A DNA stretch of 64,000 nucleotides, from positions 25,585-89,584 of IMG/VR virus record IMGVR_UViG_3300042484_000873. One strand, written 5' to 3'. The position numbers and the translations under genes were made by a program. The stretch comes from a virus. Numbering within the stretch: position 1 is the first letter of the stretch; the number at the start of each line of letters is the position of its first letter. Below, one piece after another: positions 11,218 through 21,478 of the stretch. A model generated the notes under the pieces. That model saw only the letters and a list, made by a program, of their open reading frames with translations, was not told where the DNA came from and made no database searches.

Positions 11218-12432
11218 ATGGCATACACAATTATTAAAAGCGATGGTACAGTACTAACAACCATTGCTGATGGAACTATTAATACTACTAGTACAAGTTT
11301 AGGCTTGCCTGGTAGAAACTTTGCAGGATATGGACAAACTGTAGACACAAACTTTGTGCACCAGCTTGAAAATTATGCGTCAAACACACCACCGGCTAAC
11401 CCACTACGTGGTCAGTTGTGGTATGATATTAACAATAGTTCGTTAAAAGTATGTCCTACTGATAATCAAACAAACGCAAATGCTTGGGTTACACTTGCAA
11501 CTAGTTCAGGTACATCTGTGACAACATTTGGCTCAGTTTCGGTAACTGGTAACTTACAATCAAATAATATCACATCAGTAAATGCTATTGTTGGGGATAC
11601 AATTACCGTTCGTTTAGCTACAGTAACTGCAAATGCTACTATTGCTAATGCCGCAGTTACAACAGGTAACATTGGTACATTAAACACTCAAGTTATCACA
11701 ACTGGTTCAAACAGTACGGGTGGCACAATTACTGGTACTTGGACAGCTAACGGCGGATCAGCTGGCAACACTATGATTATTACTAACGGTAACTTAGTTG
11801 CTGTTACTGGTATAAAGACAGATAATTATTACTATGCTAACGGTAGTCCATTCAATCCAACTGGTACGTATAATAATGGTAATGTTTTTGACTATTTAAC
11901 TGGATCAAATGCAATTGTTCAATTCAGTGGTAACATTGCACCCGGCAGAGTTACGACACAAGTTATCACTGCTGGTGCAAACACAACAGCAGGCAACATT
12001 ACTGGTAATTGGACATTGACTTCAGGTTCACGATTAAATGCAACATACGCTGACTTGGCAGAACGCTTTGAAGCAGATGCTTATTACGATGCCGGAACAG
12101 TTGTTGAAATGGGCGGAGATAAAGAAATTACTGCGGTTCAATATGAATTGTCAGAAGATGTATTTGGTGTTGTTTCGGAGACAGCCGGTTATTTAATGAA
12201 TGCTATGGCAGGAGATGATTCTACGCACCCTCCAATCGCTGTAGGTGGTCGTGTAAAAGTTAAAGTGGACGGTGTAGTTAAAAAAGGTCAACGTCTTGTT
12301 TCTGCTGGTAATGGCATTGCACGTGCAGCCAAATCAGGAGAAGCAACTGCTTTCAACATCATAGGTCGTGCTTTAGAAAATAAAACAACAACTGGCGCGG
12401 GTGTAGTAGAAGCATTCGTTAAAATTAATTAA
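11218..12432 (+). CDS. Tail fibre/spike protein with a C-terminal intramolecular-chaperone (peptidase G2-like) domain
   Basis: N-terminal LENYAS..PP.NPLRGQLWYD anchor, Thr/Asn/Gly-rich body, C-terminal YADLAE...GTVV...GRVKVKV.G.VKKGQRLV. Confidence 0.7.
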   Translation: MAYTIIKSDGTVLTTIADGTINTTSTSLGLPGRNFAGYGQTVDTNFVHQLENYASNTPPANPLRGQLWYDINNSSLKVCPTDNQTNANAWVTLATSSGTSVTTFGSVSVTGNLQSNNITSVNAIVGDTITVRLATVTANATIANAAVTTGNIGTLNTQVITTGSNSTGGTITGTWTANGGSAGNTMIITNGNLVAVTGIKTDNYYYANGSPFNPTGTYNNGNVFDYLTGSNAIVQFSGNIAPGRVTTQVITAGANTTAGNITGNWTLTSGSRLNATYADLAERFEADAYYDAGTVVEMGGDKEITAVQYELSEDVFGVVSETAGYLMNAMAGDDSTHPPIAVGGRVKVKVDGVVKKGQRLVSAGNGIARAAKSGEATAFNIIGRALENKTTTGAGVVEAFVKIN

Positions 12433-12441
12433 GGATAAAAA

Positions 12442-13392
12442 ATGACTTACGCACAATATGGACTAATACAAGCCGCAGATTATAACACTCTAGTGGGCAC
12501 TAATCCGAATACAACATCCGGCACACTAAACACGGTTTGGTCCACTGGCGGCTCATTAACTGGTTACGGTCAAACCGCTGAGGGTACTGTTGCGGCTGGT
12601 GATTTAGTAACCGCCGCTAAGTGGGCTAACTTAATCACCAAAACAGCAAACTCCGCAACACACCAAGGTACCTCAATTACATCAGTAACGGCGCCCGTCA
12701 GTGGCGGAACAGTTACTTATTTGTCTGCTGTTCCTACAAATTTAACGACTATTTACACTAGTAGATTAAATGCTGCCACGCAAGGAGCAACTACTGCTAA
12801 CTCAGTGGCACAGGCCACAACATGGTCGACTCTCTTAACATTTACTCACACTGTTACATTTGCTAACGGTGATGCCGCACGATACTTTTTTAATTCCGGT
12901 GGTCAATTAAAAATTACATGTTCACATGCTAACGTAACTGGCGCAGGAAATCAGTTGTTTAACGGTCTAGCTAGTAACGTAGGTACTATTGTAATGTCAG
13001 CACCTACCTCAGGTACAATCACAGTTGCATCTACATCATACAATGGTATCACTAAAATTGGCGGTGGAGGTAGTGCTCCTACTGTCAGCACCAATTCTGG
13101 TTATTACGCAATGACAACAAGTAACGCTAACGTGTTTACTCAATTAGCAGGCGGCGCAACAGCTTATTTGAATTCATTCATTCGTGTTATTGCTAAGAGT
13201 AATGGCACAGTTGGTTCGAACGGCGACGTCGGTAACGTTGTTACATTATTCACACTTTGGGATGAAGTACCCGACGGTTTAACAGTAGGTTCTGGATCGA
13301 CGGTAACAGTTACTGCGGTAGCTCCGGAAACAACTAATTTGGCTAATACTTGGGGCACCATCACTATTGCCGGATCAGTATCAGGTTCATAA
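12442..13392 (+). CDS. Virion structural protein (tail fibre-associated)
   Basis: 316 aa, extremely Thr/Gly/Ser-rich, ARYFFNSGG motif, AAGGA RBS. Confidence 0.6.
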   Translation: MTYAQYGLIQAADYNTLVGTNPNTTSGTLNTVWSTGGSLTGYGQTAEGTVAAGDLVTAAKWANLITKTANSATHQGTSITSVTAPVSGGTVTYLSAVPTNLTTIYTSRLNAATQGATTANSVAQATTWSTLLTFTHTVTFANGDAARYFFNSGGQLKITCSHANVTGAGNQLFNGLASNVGTIVMSAPTSGTITVASTSYNGITKIGGGGSAPTVSTNSGYYAMTTSNANVFTQLAGGATAYLNSFIRVIAKSNGTVGSNGDVGNVVTLFTLWDEVPDGLTVGSGSTVTVTAVAPETTNLANTWGTITIAGSVSGS

Positions 13393-13418
13393 TTTTTTCT
13401 GAGGTCTTTGTATCCATC

Positions 13419-13424
13419 TAAATA
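13419..13424 (+). promoter_or_regulatory. Late promoter core TAAATA heading the glycosyltransferase/radical SAM operon
   Basis: cTAAATA followed by an AGGAG RBS; downstream genes overlap continuously to 23449. Confidence 0.5.
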
Positions 13425-13439
13425 CTCTTAGGAGATTAC

Positions 13440-13748
13440 ATGGATACAAAGATTTTAATTACTGAAGCCAAAGCCCGCTTCAATCACAATTCCGCAAAAG
13501 CCTATTTAAAAGACAAATATAGTAGCAAGTTAATTGTTGCTGACCAGGGCGGCCTTTGGTGCGCTGACCAAACCACTATTTCTTTTCTAAACACAATGGA
13601 TGATGACAACTATGTCATTATGATTGATACCTTCAATAATCCAGTTCAAGTTAACCGTACACAACTATTAGAAGTATTGAAAACTACATACAATACAGTT
13701 ATGTTGGCATGGTATAAAGAATGGAAAGAGTTAGAAAGTAAGAGATGA
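13440..13748 (+). CDS. Hypothetical protein, possibly a tail-fibre assembly chaperone
   Basis: 102 aa, strong RBS, directly after the fibre genes. Confidence 0.5.
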   Translation: MDTKILITEAKARFNHNSAKAYLKDKYSSKLIVADQGGLWCADQTTISFLNTMDDDNYVIMIDTFNNPVQVNRTQLLEVLKTTYNTVMLAWYKEWKELESKR

Positions 13749-14545
13749 ATAGGGGCGTAATATTATTTGCGTTTAACTCTCCCAAATTCAATTACTATGA
13801 TATGGCTGTAGCTACAGCTAAACGCATCAATCATTTCTTAAACTTACCTGTAACACTTGTTACGGATGAAAATTCTATACCTACTCAGCCTGAGTATACA
13901 TTTGATAAGACAGTCATAGTTACTCCGGACAAAAACAACAAACGTGATTGGGGTATATGGATCAACAAAGGTAGATATCAGGCATTCGAGTTGAGTCCAT
14001 ACGATGACACTATTTTATTAGATACCGATTACTTGGTCAATTCAAATAAGCTATTACATACATTTGATTTGCCTACTGATTTTTGTTGCCATGACAACAC
14101 GCATTTTTTGATGTATCCTGATATTCCGCAAGAACTATTAAGTAACTATGGCTTCAAAACACTATGGGCTACTGTAGTAAGATTCAACAAAACTAAACGT
14201 GCTGAACAAATATTCCATTCAATGGAAATGATTCAAAATAATTTTGAACACTACGCAAATCTACATAGTTTCATTCATTCAACATTCCGTAATGATTATG
14301 CGTTAACACTAGCAACACGCATTGTTAATGGACATACTACGCCTGTCAGTGATTACATACCGTGGAATCTAGTCCATATAGGCAAGAATACTTCAATACA
14401 TAAAAACACGGATGATCCTTTTAATACTGAATATACTGTAATGTTTGATAACTGGAACAAAGGTAAAATTCGTAAAGAATACAACATAATTAAAGACATG
14501 GATTTCCATGTGTTGAACAAAGAAAACTTTTTGGAGTTGATATAA
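13745..14545 (+). CDS. GT-A fold glycosyltransferase-like protein
   Basis: RGVILFA N-terminal strand, SPYDDTILLDTD (DxD motif), RNDYA. Confidence 0.65.
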   Translation: MNRGVILFAFNSPKFNYYDMAVATAKRINHFLNLPVTLVTDENSIPTQPEYTFDKTVIVTPDKNNKRDWGIWINKGRYQAFELSPYDDTILLDTDYLVNSNKLLHTFDLPTDFCCHDNTHFLMYPDIPQELLSNYGFKTLWATVVRFNKTKRAEQIFHSMEMIQNNFEHYANLHSFIHSTFRNDYALTLATRIVNGHTTPVSDYIPWNLVHIGKNTSIHKNTDDPFNTEYTVMFDNWNKGKIRKEYNIIKDMDFHVLNKENFLELI

Positions 14546-15309
14546 TGTCTAAGGGTTTTGTAATTATGGCACAAGACACATCAAGTGTGAAATACACAAC
14601 TTGTGCGGAAGCGTTAAAGAAAAGCATATTGCGAGTCATGCCAAATGCTAACATAACTATTATCACAACTGATATGTTACCATACGGTGATTTAGCCCCA
14701 ACTAACGAGTGGAAATTAATAAACGACTGGCAAGTATATGAAGCAAGCCCGTATGATGAGACTATCAAGTTAGAAGCAGATATGTATATTCCACGCAATA
14801 TTGACCATTGGTGGGATGTATTATCGCAACAGGATGTAGTAGTGTCTAGTTCAATCAGAAATTTTAGACAAGAAATATCAGACAATAGATTCTACCGTAG
14901 ATTTATTGACGATAACAACTTACCTGACGCATACAATGCTATCACTTATTTTAAAAAATCTGATACAGCCAAGCAATTTTTTGATATTGTAAAAGATGTT
15001 TTTGAAAATTGGAATGACTACAAAGCATCATTGAAGTGCAATTCGGAAGAAATTGTAACAACAGATTGGGCATATGCTATTGCTTGCCATATTATGGGTA
15101 TTGAAAACACAATGATGCCTATGTTTAAAGAAATGGCAATGGTTCATATGAAACAATACATTAATGGTTGTCCCACTGAGAACTGGACAGATACGTTTGT
15201 TTATGAATGTTTTTCGGATCATATTAGAGTTCAAACTGTACCACAGCAATACCCGTTCCACTATCATGTAAAAAACTTTAGTGATAAAATATTAGAAAGT
15301 ATGAAATGA
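14545..15309 (+). CDS. GT-A fold glycosyltransferase-like protein (paralog of 13745)
   Basis: KGFVIMA, SPYDETIKLEAD (ExD variant), TDWAYAIA, FHYH. Confidence 0.6.
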   Translation: MSKGFVIMAQDTSSVKYTTCAEALKKSILRVMPNANITIITTDMLPYGDLAPTNEWKLINDWQVYEASPYDETIKLEADMYIPRNIDHWWDVLSQQDVVVSSSIRNFRQEISDNRFYRRFIDDNNLPDAYNAITYFKKSDTAKQFFDIVKDVFENWNDYKASLKCNSEEIVTTDWAYAIACHIMGIENTMMPMFKEMAMVHMKQYINGCPTENWTDTFVYECFSDHIRVQTVPQQYPFHYHVKNFSDKILESMK

Positions 15310-15665
15310 GTACGGACGACAACCAACAAGATTATATTATCATCTGGGAACAAGCTAAACTAGAACCACCTGAATTTAGATTGTACTACGATGATAAAGG
15401 ATCGGTAATATGCTACACAGGTGACAAGTCAATGACCGGAAATTATATTGTCATTGATGCGTTAACATTCGCTGCCGCTAGACCAGATTTAAGAGTTATT
15501 GATGGTAGGATATCTACAGCAAGCCCCAAGTCAGTAGTTTATAAACTAATGCCTGATGCCGCAGAAGGGGTAGAATGTCATCCTGATGATGTAAGCGTGG
15601 TAGTCAATAGTACACATGTAGGTGAAAGGCAGAAATGGAAATTAAACATATATGAACTCGACTGA
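15306..15665 (+). CDS. Hypothetical protein
   Basis: 119 aa, overlaps both neighbours. Confidence 0.65.
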   Translation: MSTDDNQQDYIIIWEQAKLEPPEFRLYYDDKGSVICYTGDKSMTGNYIVIDALTFAAARPDLRVIDGRISTASPKSVVYKLMPDAAEGVECHPDDVSVVVNSTHVGERQKWKLNIYELD

Positions 15666-16605
15666 TATTATTGATGTAGCTGATTTAGACTGCATTTATC
15701 TAAGTTATGACGAGCCACAGAAGGAAGAATTTTGGCTCAAGATCAAGAACATGGTGCCATGGGCTAAACGTGTAGACGGAGTTAAAGGTTCAGACGCCGC
15801 ACACAAAGCCGCAGGTGAAGCCAGCGATACAGAACGTTTCATTCTTATTGATGGCGACAACATGCCAGAAGAAAGTTTCTTTAATATTCAATTAGATTTC
15901 ACGGGTAAAGACGAGTCATTTAAACGAGCACAGTTTCGTTGGAAAGCTATCAATAACATTAACGGGTTGAGATACGGTAATGGCGGCATGAGTTCTTGGA
16001 CTAAAGAATATGTCGCCAACATGAAAACACACGAACATCAAAAAGATGGTGATGTATCACGTATTGCTGATTTCTGTATGGGCGGAGATGATAACTTGTA
16101 TTGGGCTATGTGGGATTGCTATTCAACCACATATCCAAATATGACACCATTTCAAGCATGGCGTGCAGGATTCCGCGAAGGTGTTAAGATGAGTTTAGAT
16201 AGAGGTGCTCGACCCACAGTAGATCAATTCAAAGAAACTGTGGCAAGTCGCAACTTAGATAACTTGACTATCTGGCATAACATAGGTGCAGATGTAGAGA
16301 ATGGTGACTGGGCTATATATGGTGCCCGACTTGGTACATATATGACGTTATTGACTACATGGGATCATGCAAATGTTCAATGGTTTGATAACTACATTCA
16401 AATGTGGGAAGAACAAGAACTCAGAAACCCGGTTGTCGAGGCTGCACAAATTGGTCAACAACTCAACGACAAGTTAGGTTTGCCTATGTGCAGATTAGAT
16501 GAAGCACAGAGTAAGTTCTTCAAGCGTCATTATCTTGCTGATAAATATAATCTCGGACCATTAGTAAAAGAGATGGACGTTATTAGAAAAATAGAAGGAT
16601 GGTAA
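15652..16605 (+). CDS. GT-A (GT2-like) glycosyltransferase
   Basis: DCIYLSYDEP...RVDGVKGSDAAHKAA...FILIDGDN (DxD), YGNGG, AWRAGFRE. Confidence 0.65.
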   Translation: MNSTDIIDVADLDCIYLSYDEPQKEEFWLKIKNMVPWAKRVDGVKGSDAAHKAAGEASDTERFILIDGDNMPEESFFNIQLDFTGKDESFKRAQFRWKAINNINGLRYGNGGMSSWTKEYVANMKTHEHQKDGDVSRIADFCMGGDDNLYWAMWDCYSTTYPNMTPFQAWRAGFREGVKMSLDRGARPTVDQFKETVASRNLDNLTIWHNIGADVENGDWAIYGARLGTYMTLLTTWDHANVQWFDNYIQMWEEQELRNPVVEAAQIGQQLNDKLGLPMCRLDEAQSKFFKRHYLADKYNLGPLVKEMDVIRKIEGW

Positions 16606-17549
16606 TGCAACACGAATATATTAAATTAGCACACAGTAATCCCGCACATGAGGATTGGTTCGTAGTTAACTGGTGCTTAGGTAACACATGTAATTTCGAA
16701 TGTAGTTACTGTCCAGATGATCTTCATTCAGGTAGCATTAAGTGGCCTGAGATAGAACAAATTAAACAATTTATGACTAGAGTAGCTGAACAAGTTGCTC
16801 CTAGAAAAGTATATTATGAATTAACTGGTGGTGAAGTTACACTATACAAGCATTTTACTGAAATTTGCCAACACGCCACCGCACTTGGCGCCAAAGTTGG
16901 ATTGATTAGTAATGGTAGCAGAACACTGCGTTGGTGGGAAGATAATAAACAATATTTTGACCATGTGTGTTTAAGCTTTCATCCTGAGTTTGCTGACCCT
17001 GATCACTTTGTTCAAGTTGTAAAATTATTAAACAATGATGTAAGAACACATGTAAACATTATGATGAGTCCTGAGAAGTTTGACTTCTGTTATGCTATCG
17101 CAAACAAAGTTAAAACATTAGGTAATATCAGTATGGCACTTCAGCCATTGATTCATGACTTCGGTGATACATTGTTTGACTATGATGATTTTCAGAAAAA
17201 GATTTTTGATAAACAACATGAGTTGATTGTTAAACACATCAAGCATACTAAATCATTTGATTACTATCGAGGTGCTATGAAGATGGTTAAAGAAGATGGA
17301 ACTGAAATCGTATCTAGCGCACATAGATTCATTAGTCAAAAGACAAATGATTGGAGTGGTTGGAAATGCTACAGTGGAGCAGAACAAATTGTAGTTGACT
17401 TATCTGGAGATGTGTTTAGAGGATGGTGTAAAGTTGGCGGCAAGATTGGCAATATATTTGAAAATTTTGAAGTAACCAAAACACCTGTTATTTGTAATAA
17501 AACAATGTGCCACTGTAACTTTGATATTATGAGCACGAAAGAACTATGA
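16605..17549 (+). CDS. Radical SAM protein with C-terminal SPASM-like Cys cluster
   Basis: CNFECSYC, TGGEVT, SNGSR; C-terminal C..G...C...CNKTMCHC. Start taken at the ATG overlapping the upstream stop. Confidence 0.88.
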   Translation: MQHEYIKLAHSNPAHEDWFVVNWCLGNTCNFECSYCPDDLHSGSIKWPEIEQIKQFMTRVAEQVAPRKVYYELTGGEVTLYKHFTEICQHATALGAKVGLISNGSRTLRWWEDNKQYFDHVCLSFHPEFADPDHFVQVVKLLNNDVRTHVNIMMSPEKFDFCYAIANKVKTLGNISMALQPLIHDFGDTLFDYDDFQKKIFDKQHELIVKHIKHTKSFDYYRGAMKMVKEDGTEIVSSAHRFISQKTNDWSGWKCYSGAEQIVVDLSGDVFRGWCKVGGKIGNIFENFEVTKTPVICNKTMCHCNFDIMSTKEL

Positions 17550-18907
17550 GTAATCCACTAGACACAATATGCGATTTAAAATGGAACTACCCTATCTTTG
17601 GTATGGATAGAGGTGAATTCAGAAGTTGCTGTAGGACTCCTACTAATTTAGTAACAGAGAACGAGTTACAAGAATTTGGCGTTGATGCTTTCTTGAATTC
17701 ACCTAAACAAAGACAAGAACGCTTGGACTTAATTCAGGGTCGTAGAACTGAATCATGTGTTAGTTGCTGGAAACTAGAAGATTCTGGCATACAGAGTCCT
17801 CGTCATCACCCTAAACAAATGTGGTGGCAGTTAATAAAATCTAAACAAGTCACACCCAGTGAATACTCTGATGAAAAACTATCATTGGAATTAAGTAAGA
17901 TTAATGATATCAATCATCCGGCATTGTATAGTTATAAGCCATACATGTTAGAAATCAGCATGGGTAATACCTGTGATTTGAAATGCATGTACTGTAGTCA
18001 TCACTATTCTACTCAGTGGGCAACGGAACGTATCAAGTACCATGAAATAACACAAGAACAGTATGATAGAGAATTTCCCAAAGCACCACCGAGCTTTGAC
18101 GGTAAATTTTGGGAATGGTTCAATGAGACCGGAAGACATAGTATCACACGACTTGGATTGATTGGTGGCGAACCATTAATCATGCCAGAGTTCTATACTT
18201 TCATGGATAAAGTCATTGCCAGTGTTGAAGAAATCAACGACCAGCGTAAAGAAAAGATTACATTATGGATAGTAAGTAACTTTAACACACCGTCAAATTA
18301 TCTACAAAAGGTAATGCAGTATCTACCCAAGATATCCAAAGTATTCAACTTAGAGATATTGGGCAGTATGGAAAGCGTTGGTGAAAAATCAGAGTACATT
18401 CGCAACGGCGTTAGCTGGGAACGATTCACTAAAAACATTGACACTATCTTAAGTAACAAAGAACTAGAGTTTGATTTTGGCTTCATCATGAGTGTTAACG
18501 CATTGAATATAACCAGTAACAAAGACTTTATTGCTTATACAAAAGCATTGTATGAAAAGCATGGTAGACCAGTGATATTGAAGCAAAACTTAGTTAGTTT
18601 TCCTAGCTGGCAAAGTCCAATGATACTGTCACAAGACTTCATCCCCTACATAGAAGATACTATTCAATATCTAAATGACAATGCTGAATCTATGCCAACG
18701 GTAAAAGACTCACTTGGAACATGGTCAGCATATGCTAAATTCCTACAAACTATTATTGATGGTATCAACAATCAATCAATTGATAGATTAAATGACAGAA
18801 AGAAATTCGCTGAGTGGTTCGATACGTATGATTCACGCAGGGGACTAAAGTTAACTGGCACATTCCCGGAATACACTGATTTCTATAACATGTGTAAGGG
18901 TTTATAA
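17546..18907 (+). CDS. Radical SAM protein with N-terminal Twitch/SPASM domain
   Basis: N-terminal C...SCC...CVSCW; CDLKCMYC; GGEP. Confidence 0.88.
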   Translation: MSNPLDTICDLKWNYPIFGMDRGEFRSCCRTPTNLVTENELQEFGVDAFLNSPKQRQERLDLIQGRRTESCVSCWKLEDSGIQSPRHHPKQMWWQLIKSKQVTPSEYSDEKLSLELSKINDINHPALYSYKPYMLEISMGNTCDLKCMYCSHHYSTQWATERIKYHEITQEQYDREFPKAPPSFDGKFWEWFNETGRHSITRLGLIGGEPLIMPEFYTFMDKVIASVEEINDQRKEKITLWIVSNFNTPSNYLQKVMQYLPKISKVFNLEILGSMESVGEKSEYIRNGVSWERFTKNIDTILSNKELEFDFGFIMSVNALNITSNKDFIAYTKALYEKHGRPVILKQNLVSFPSWQSPMILSQDFIPYIEDTIQYLNDNAESMPTVKDSLGTWSAYAKFLQTIIDGINNQSIDRLNDRKKFAEWFDTYDSRRGLKLTGTFPEYTDFYNMCKGL

Positions 18908-20304
18908 TGGATAAGAAACAATTTATTCCTATCTTTTCCGGCGATGACGGCAAGGGTTCTAAAATTTGGTATACTTCTAAGTTATTAGACGAACAGTATG
19001 GATTTGATCTTGTTGAAATCATCAAGAAAACTTCTCCCACATCAACACATAGAGCAACAGATAGTGAATATACAGAACTTGTGCGAGATCAAGTTCCTGA
19101 TAACTTTTGTTTATATCCATTTACACATTTTCAATTAGATCCAGATGGTAGAGCACGTCCTTGTTGTAAGTATAAGGTAGGTGATCCTACATGGCAGAAA
19201 GATGTTCCTAAACTACCTGATGTAAACATAGGTGATCTCTGGGAGCAAGAAGAATTTCAAAATATACGTAGTCAGTTTTTAAGAAACGAAAGACCATCTG
19301 GGTGTAAAGCATGTTGGGATGAAGAAGCAGCAGGAGTACCTAGTATGAGATTGACTAGAGAAAAGGGCGGCAAAGAGCACCCACATGCAACTTTCTTCCA
19401 TCATATTCCTAGACTTTATCCAAAGAGCCTAGACTTAAAACTAAGCAACTTGTGCAATCTCAAGTGTAGAATATGTACTCCTTTTCTAAGCACACAATGG
19501 ATGAAAGAAATCATCGATTTGGGTGTACATGATATGGGAGATGTTAGAACATTCACTAGCAATGCTAAAGAAAAGTTTTCTGCTGATCCTGCAAACGAAG
19601 AAATATTAAAACAGTGGGCACCTACTATTGACTACTTAGAATTCTATGGTGGTGAACCATTAATGCAACAAGAACATGATAAAATTTTGCGTATCATGAA
19701 TGAGCACGGTAAGCCAGAACACACTGGATTATACTATAACACTAATAGCACTATATGTGACGAAGAATTCTTTAAATTGTGGGCTCCTTTCAAGGAAGTA
19801 ACTATAAATTTCAGCATAGACGATGTTGGTACTAGATTCGAATATCAAAGAAAAAATGCTATTTGGGCTGAGACACTAGATAACATGAACAAATATAAAG
19901 AATTAGCATTAAAATACAACGTCAATATGATAGTGAGACTCTATACTACAGTAGGGATTTTGAATGTATTGTATCTGCCGGAATTTTTTGAGTTTGTTAA
20001 ACAACATGAAATGAAAGTGGTATTGAACCTAGTTCATTACCCTCATCATTATTCTATTGTCAATCTACCGGCTGAAGTTAAAGATATCGTAAAAGAAAAA
20101 TTGCTATCACTTGACACTGGAAAGTACTTAACTGAATGGTCTCCTACAATTGATAACATCATAAATTTCATGTATGGATCAGAGTGTAATACGGAGTTAC
20201 TTAAAACGTTCTTTCATAAAACACATATACATGATGAATATAGAAATGAGTCGTTTAACAATACTTTCCCTGAATTATATGAGATGTTAAAGAAGTATGA
20301 ATAA
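18907..20304 (+). CDS. Radical SAM protein with N-terminal Twitch domain
   Basis: FCLYPF...PCC...CKACW; CNLKCRIC; GGEP; YNTN; SID. Confidence 0.88.
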   Translation: MDKKQFIPIFSGDDGKGSKIWYTSKLLDEQYGFDLVEIIKKTSPTSTHRATDSEYTELVRDQVPDNFCLYPFTHFQLDPDGRARPCCKYKVGDPTWQKDVPKLPDVNIGDLWEQEEFQNIRSQFLRNERPSGCKACWDEEAAGVPSMRLTREKGGKEHPHATFFHHIPRLYPKSLDLKLSNLCNLKCRICTPFLSTQWMKEIIDLGVHDMGDVRTFTSNAKEKFSADPANEEILKQWAPTIDYLEFYGGEPLMQQEHDKILRIMNEHGKPEHTGLYYNTNSTICDEEFFKLWAPFKEVTINFSIDDVGTRFEYQRKNAIWAETLDNMNKYKELALKYNVNMIVRLYTTVGILNVLYLPEFFEFVKQHEMKVVLNLVHYPHHYSIVNLPAEVKDIVKEKLLSLDTGKYLTEWSPTIDNIINFMYGSECNTELLKTFFHKTHIHDEYRNESFNNTFPELYEMLKKYE

Positions 20305-21478
20305 TAATTTACCCAAATCATTTTGTTCATTGCCGTGGGTTAATATATCTACCGATGTGAATGGGTCATTGCGCCCTTGTTGTAAGTTTGCACAACCTGA
20401 TATATCTAATGAGTATCAACTACCTAATATGAAAGAAGGTAGATTAGATGTATTATGGAATGACCAGCGTTTTCAAAATCTTAGACAAGCATTTTTGGAT
20501 GGTAAGAAACCAAAAGAATGTCAAAGTTGCTGGGATGAAGAAGCTGCCGGAATCAAGAGTTTTAGAGTTCAATGGGAAATTGACAAAAAGGTAGACACCA
20601 CTGGTATGATTTTCGAACCTGTTGCTACTAGCGGTCCACGTGCAATGGACTTAAAACTAAACAACGTATGTAATCTCAAATGTAGAATCTGTGGTCCACA
20701 AGCAAGTTCAACTTTCTTGAAAGAACATCAAGAACGATTGAATATAACATTGGAAGGAAGCGAATATTGGATTAGCAATAAGATTCTTGGTACAGCCAAT
20801 GAAGAAGTTATTAACAAATGGGCAGAAGATTTAATTCACCTTGAAGTTACTGGGGGCGAGCCAATGGCAAGTCCGGAGAACATAAAAATTTTAGACTTAC
20901 TAATTAAGTCAGGTAAAGCCAAGAACATATCAGTATTGTTGAACACCAATGGCACCTTGTACAATAAGAAATTTTTAGATAACATACTTCAGTTCAAAGA
21001 AATAACACTGTGTCTATCAATTGATGATTTAGATGCTAGGCTAGAGTACGAACGCTATCCCACAGAATGGAACGTAATACAAGAAAATATAACAAAATTT
21101 ATTGAATTACGAAAGACACATAGTAATCTGTTTCTAACGTTATGTCCTACTGTTAGTTCTTTTAACGTGTACTATCTACCAGATTACTTAGAGTGGGCAA
21201 AGACACTGGATATATACACCTATTATAACATATTACATTACCCTCCTAGTCATAGTGTGAAGAACTTACCGGATAAGTTAAAAGAAATAGTATCTGCCCG
21301 TTTAACACATGAAGATTTTGCTATCGTCAAAAACTTCTTGCATTTATCCAGAGATAATGATACACTTATCAATGAATTTATTAATAAGAATGAAGAATTA
21401 GACCAATACAGACAGCAAGATTTTAAAACCACATTCGGTGAATGGGGGAACTTAGTTATGGAATACAACGATGAATAA
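20297..21478 (+). CDS. Radical SAM protein with N-terminal Twitch domain
   Basis: FCSLPW...PCC...CQSCW; CNLKCRIC; GGEP; NTNGT. Confidence 0.88.
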   Translation: MNNNLPKSFCSLPWVNISTDVNGSLRPCCKFAQPDISNEYQLPNMKEGRLDVLWNDQRFQNLRQAFLDGKKPKECQSCWDEEAAGIKSFRVQWEIDKKVDTTGMIFEPVATSGPRAMDLKLNNVCNLKCRICGPQASSTFLKEHQERLNITLEGSEYWISNKILGTANEEVINKWAEDLIHLEVTGGEPMASPENIKILDLLIKSGKAKNISVLLNTNGTLYNKKFLDNILQFKEITLCLSIDDLDARLEYERYPTEWNVIQENITKFIELRKTHSNLFLTLCPTVSSFNVYYLPDYLEWAKTLDIYTYYNILHYPPSHSVKNLPDKLKEIVSARLTHEDFAIVKNFLHLSRDNDTLINEFINKNEELDQYRQQDFKTTFGEWGNLVMEYNDE

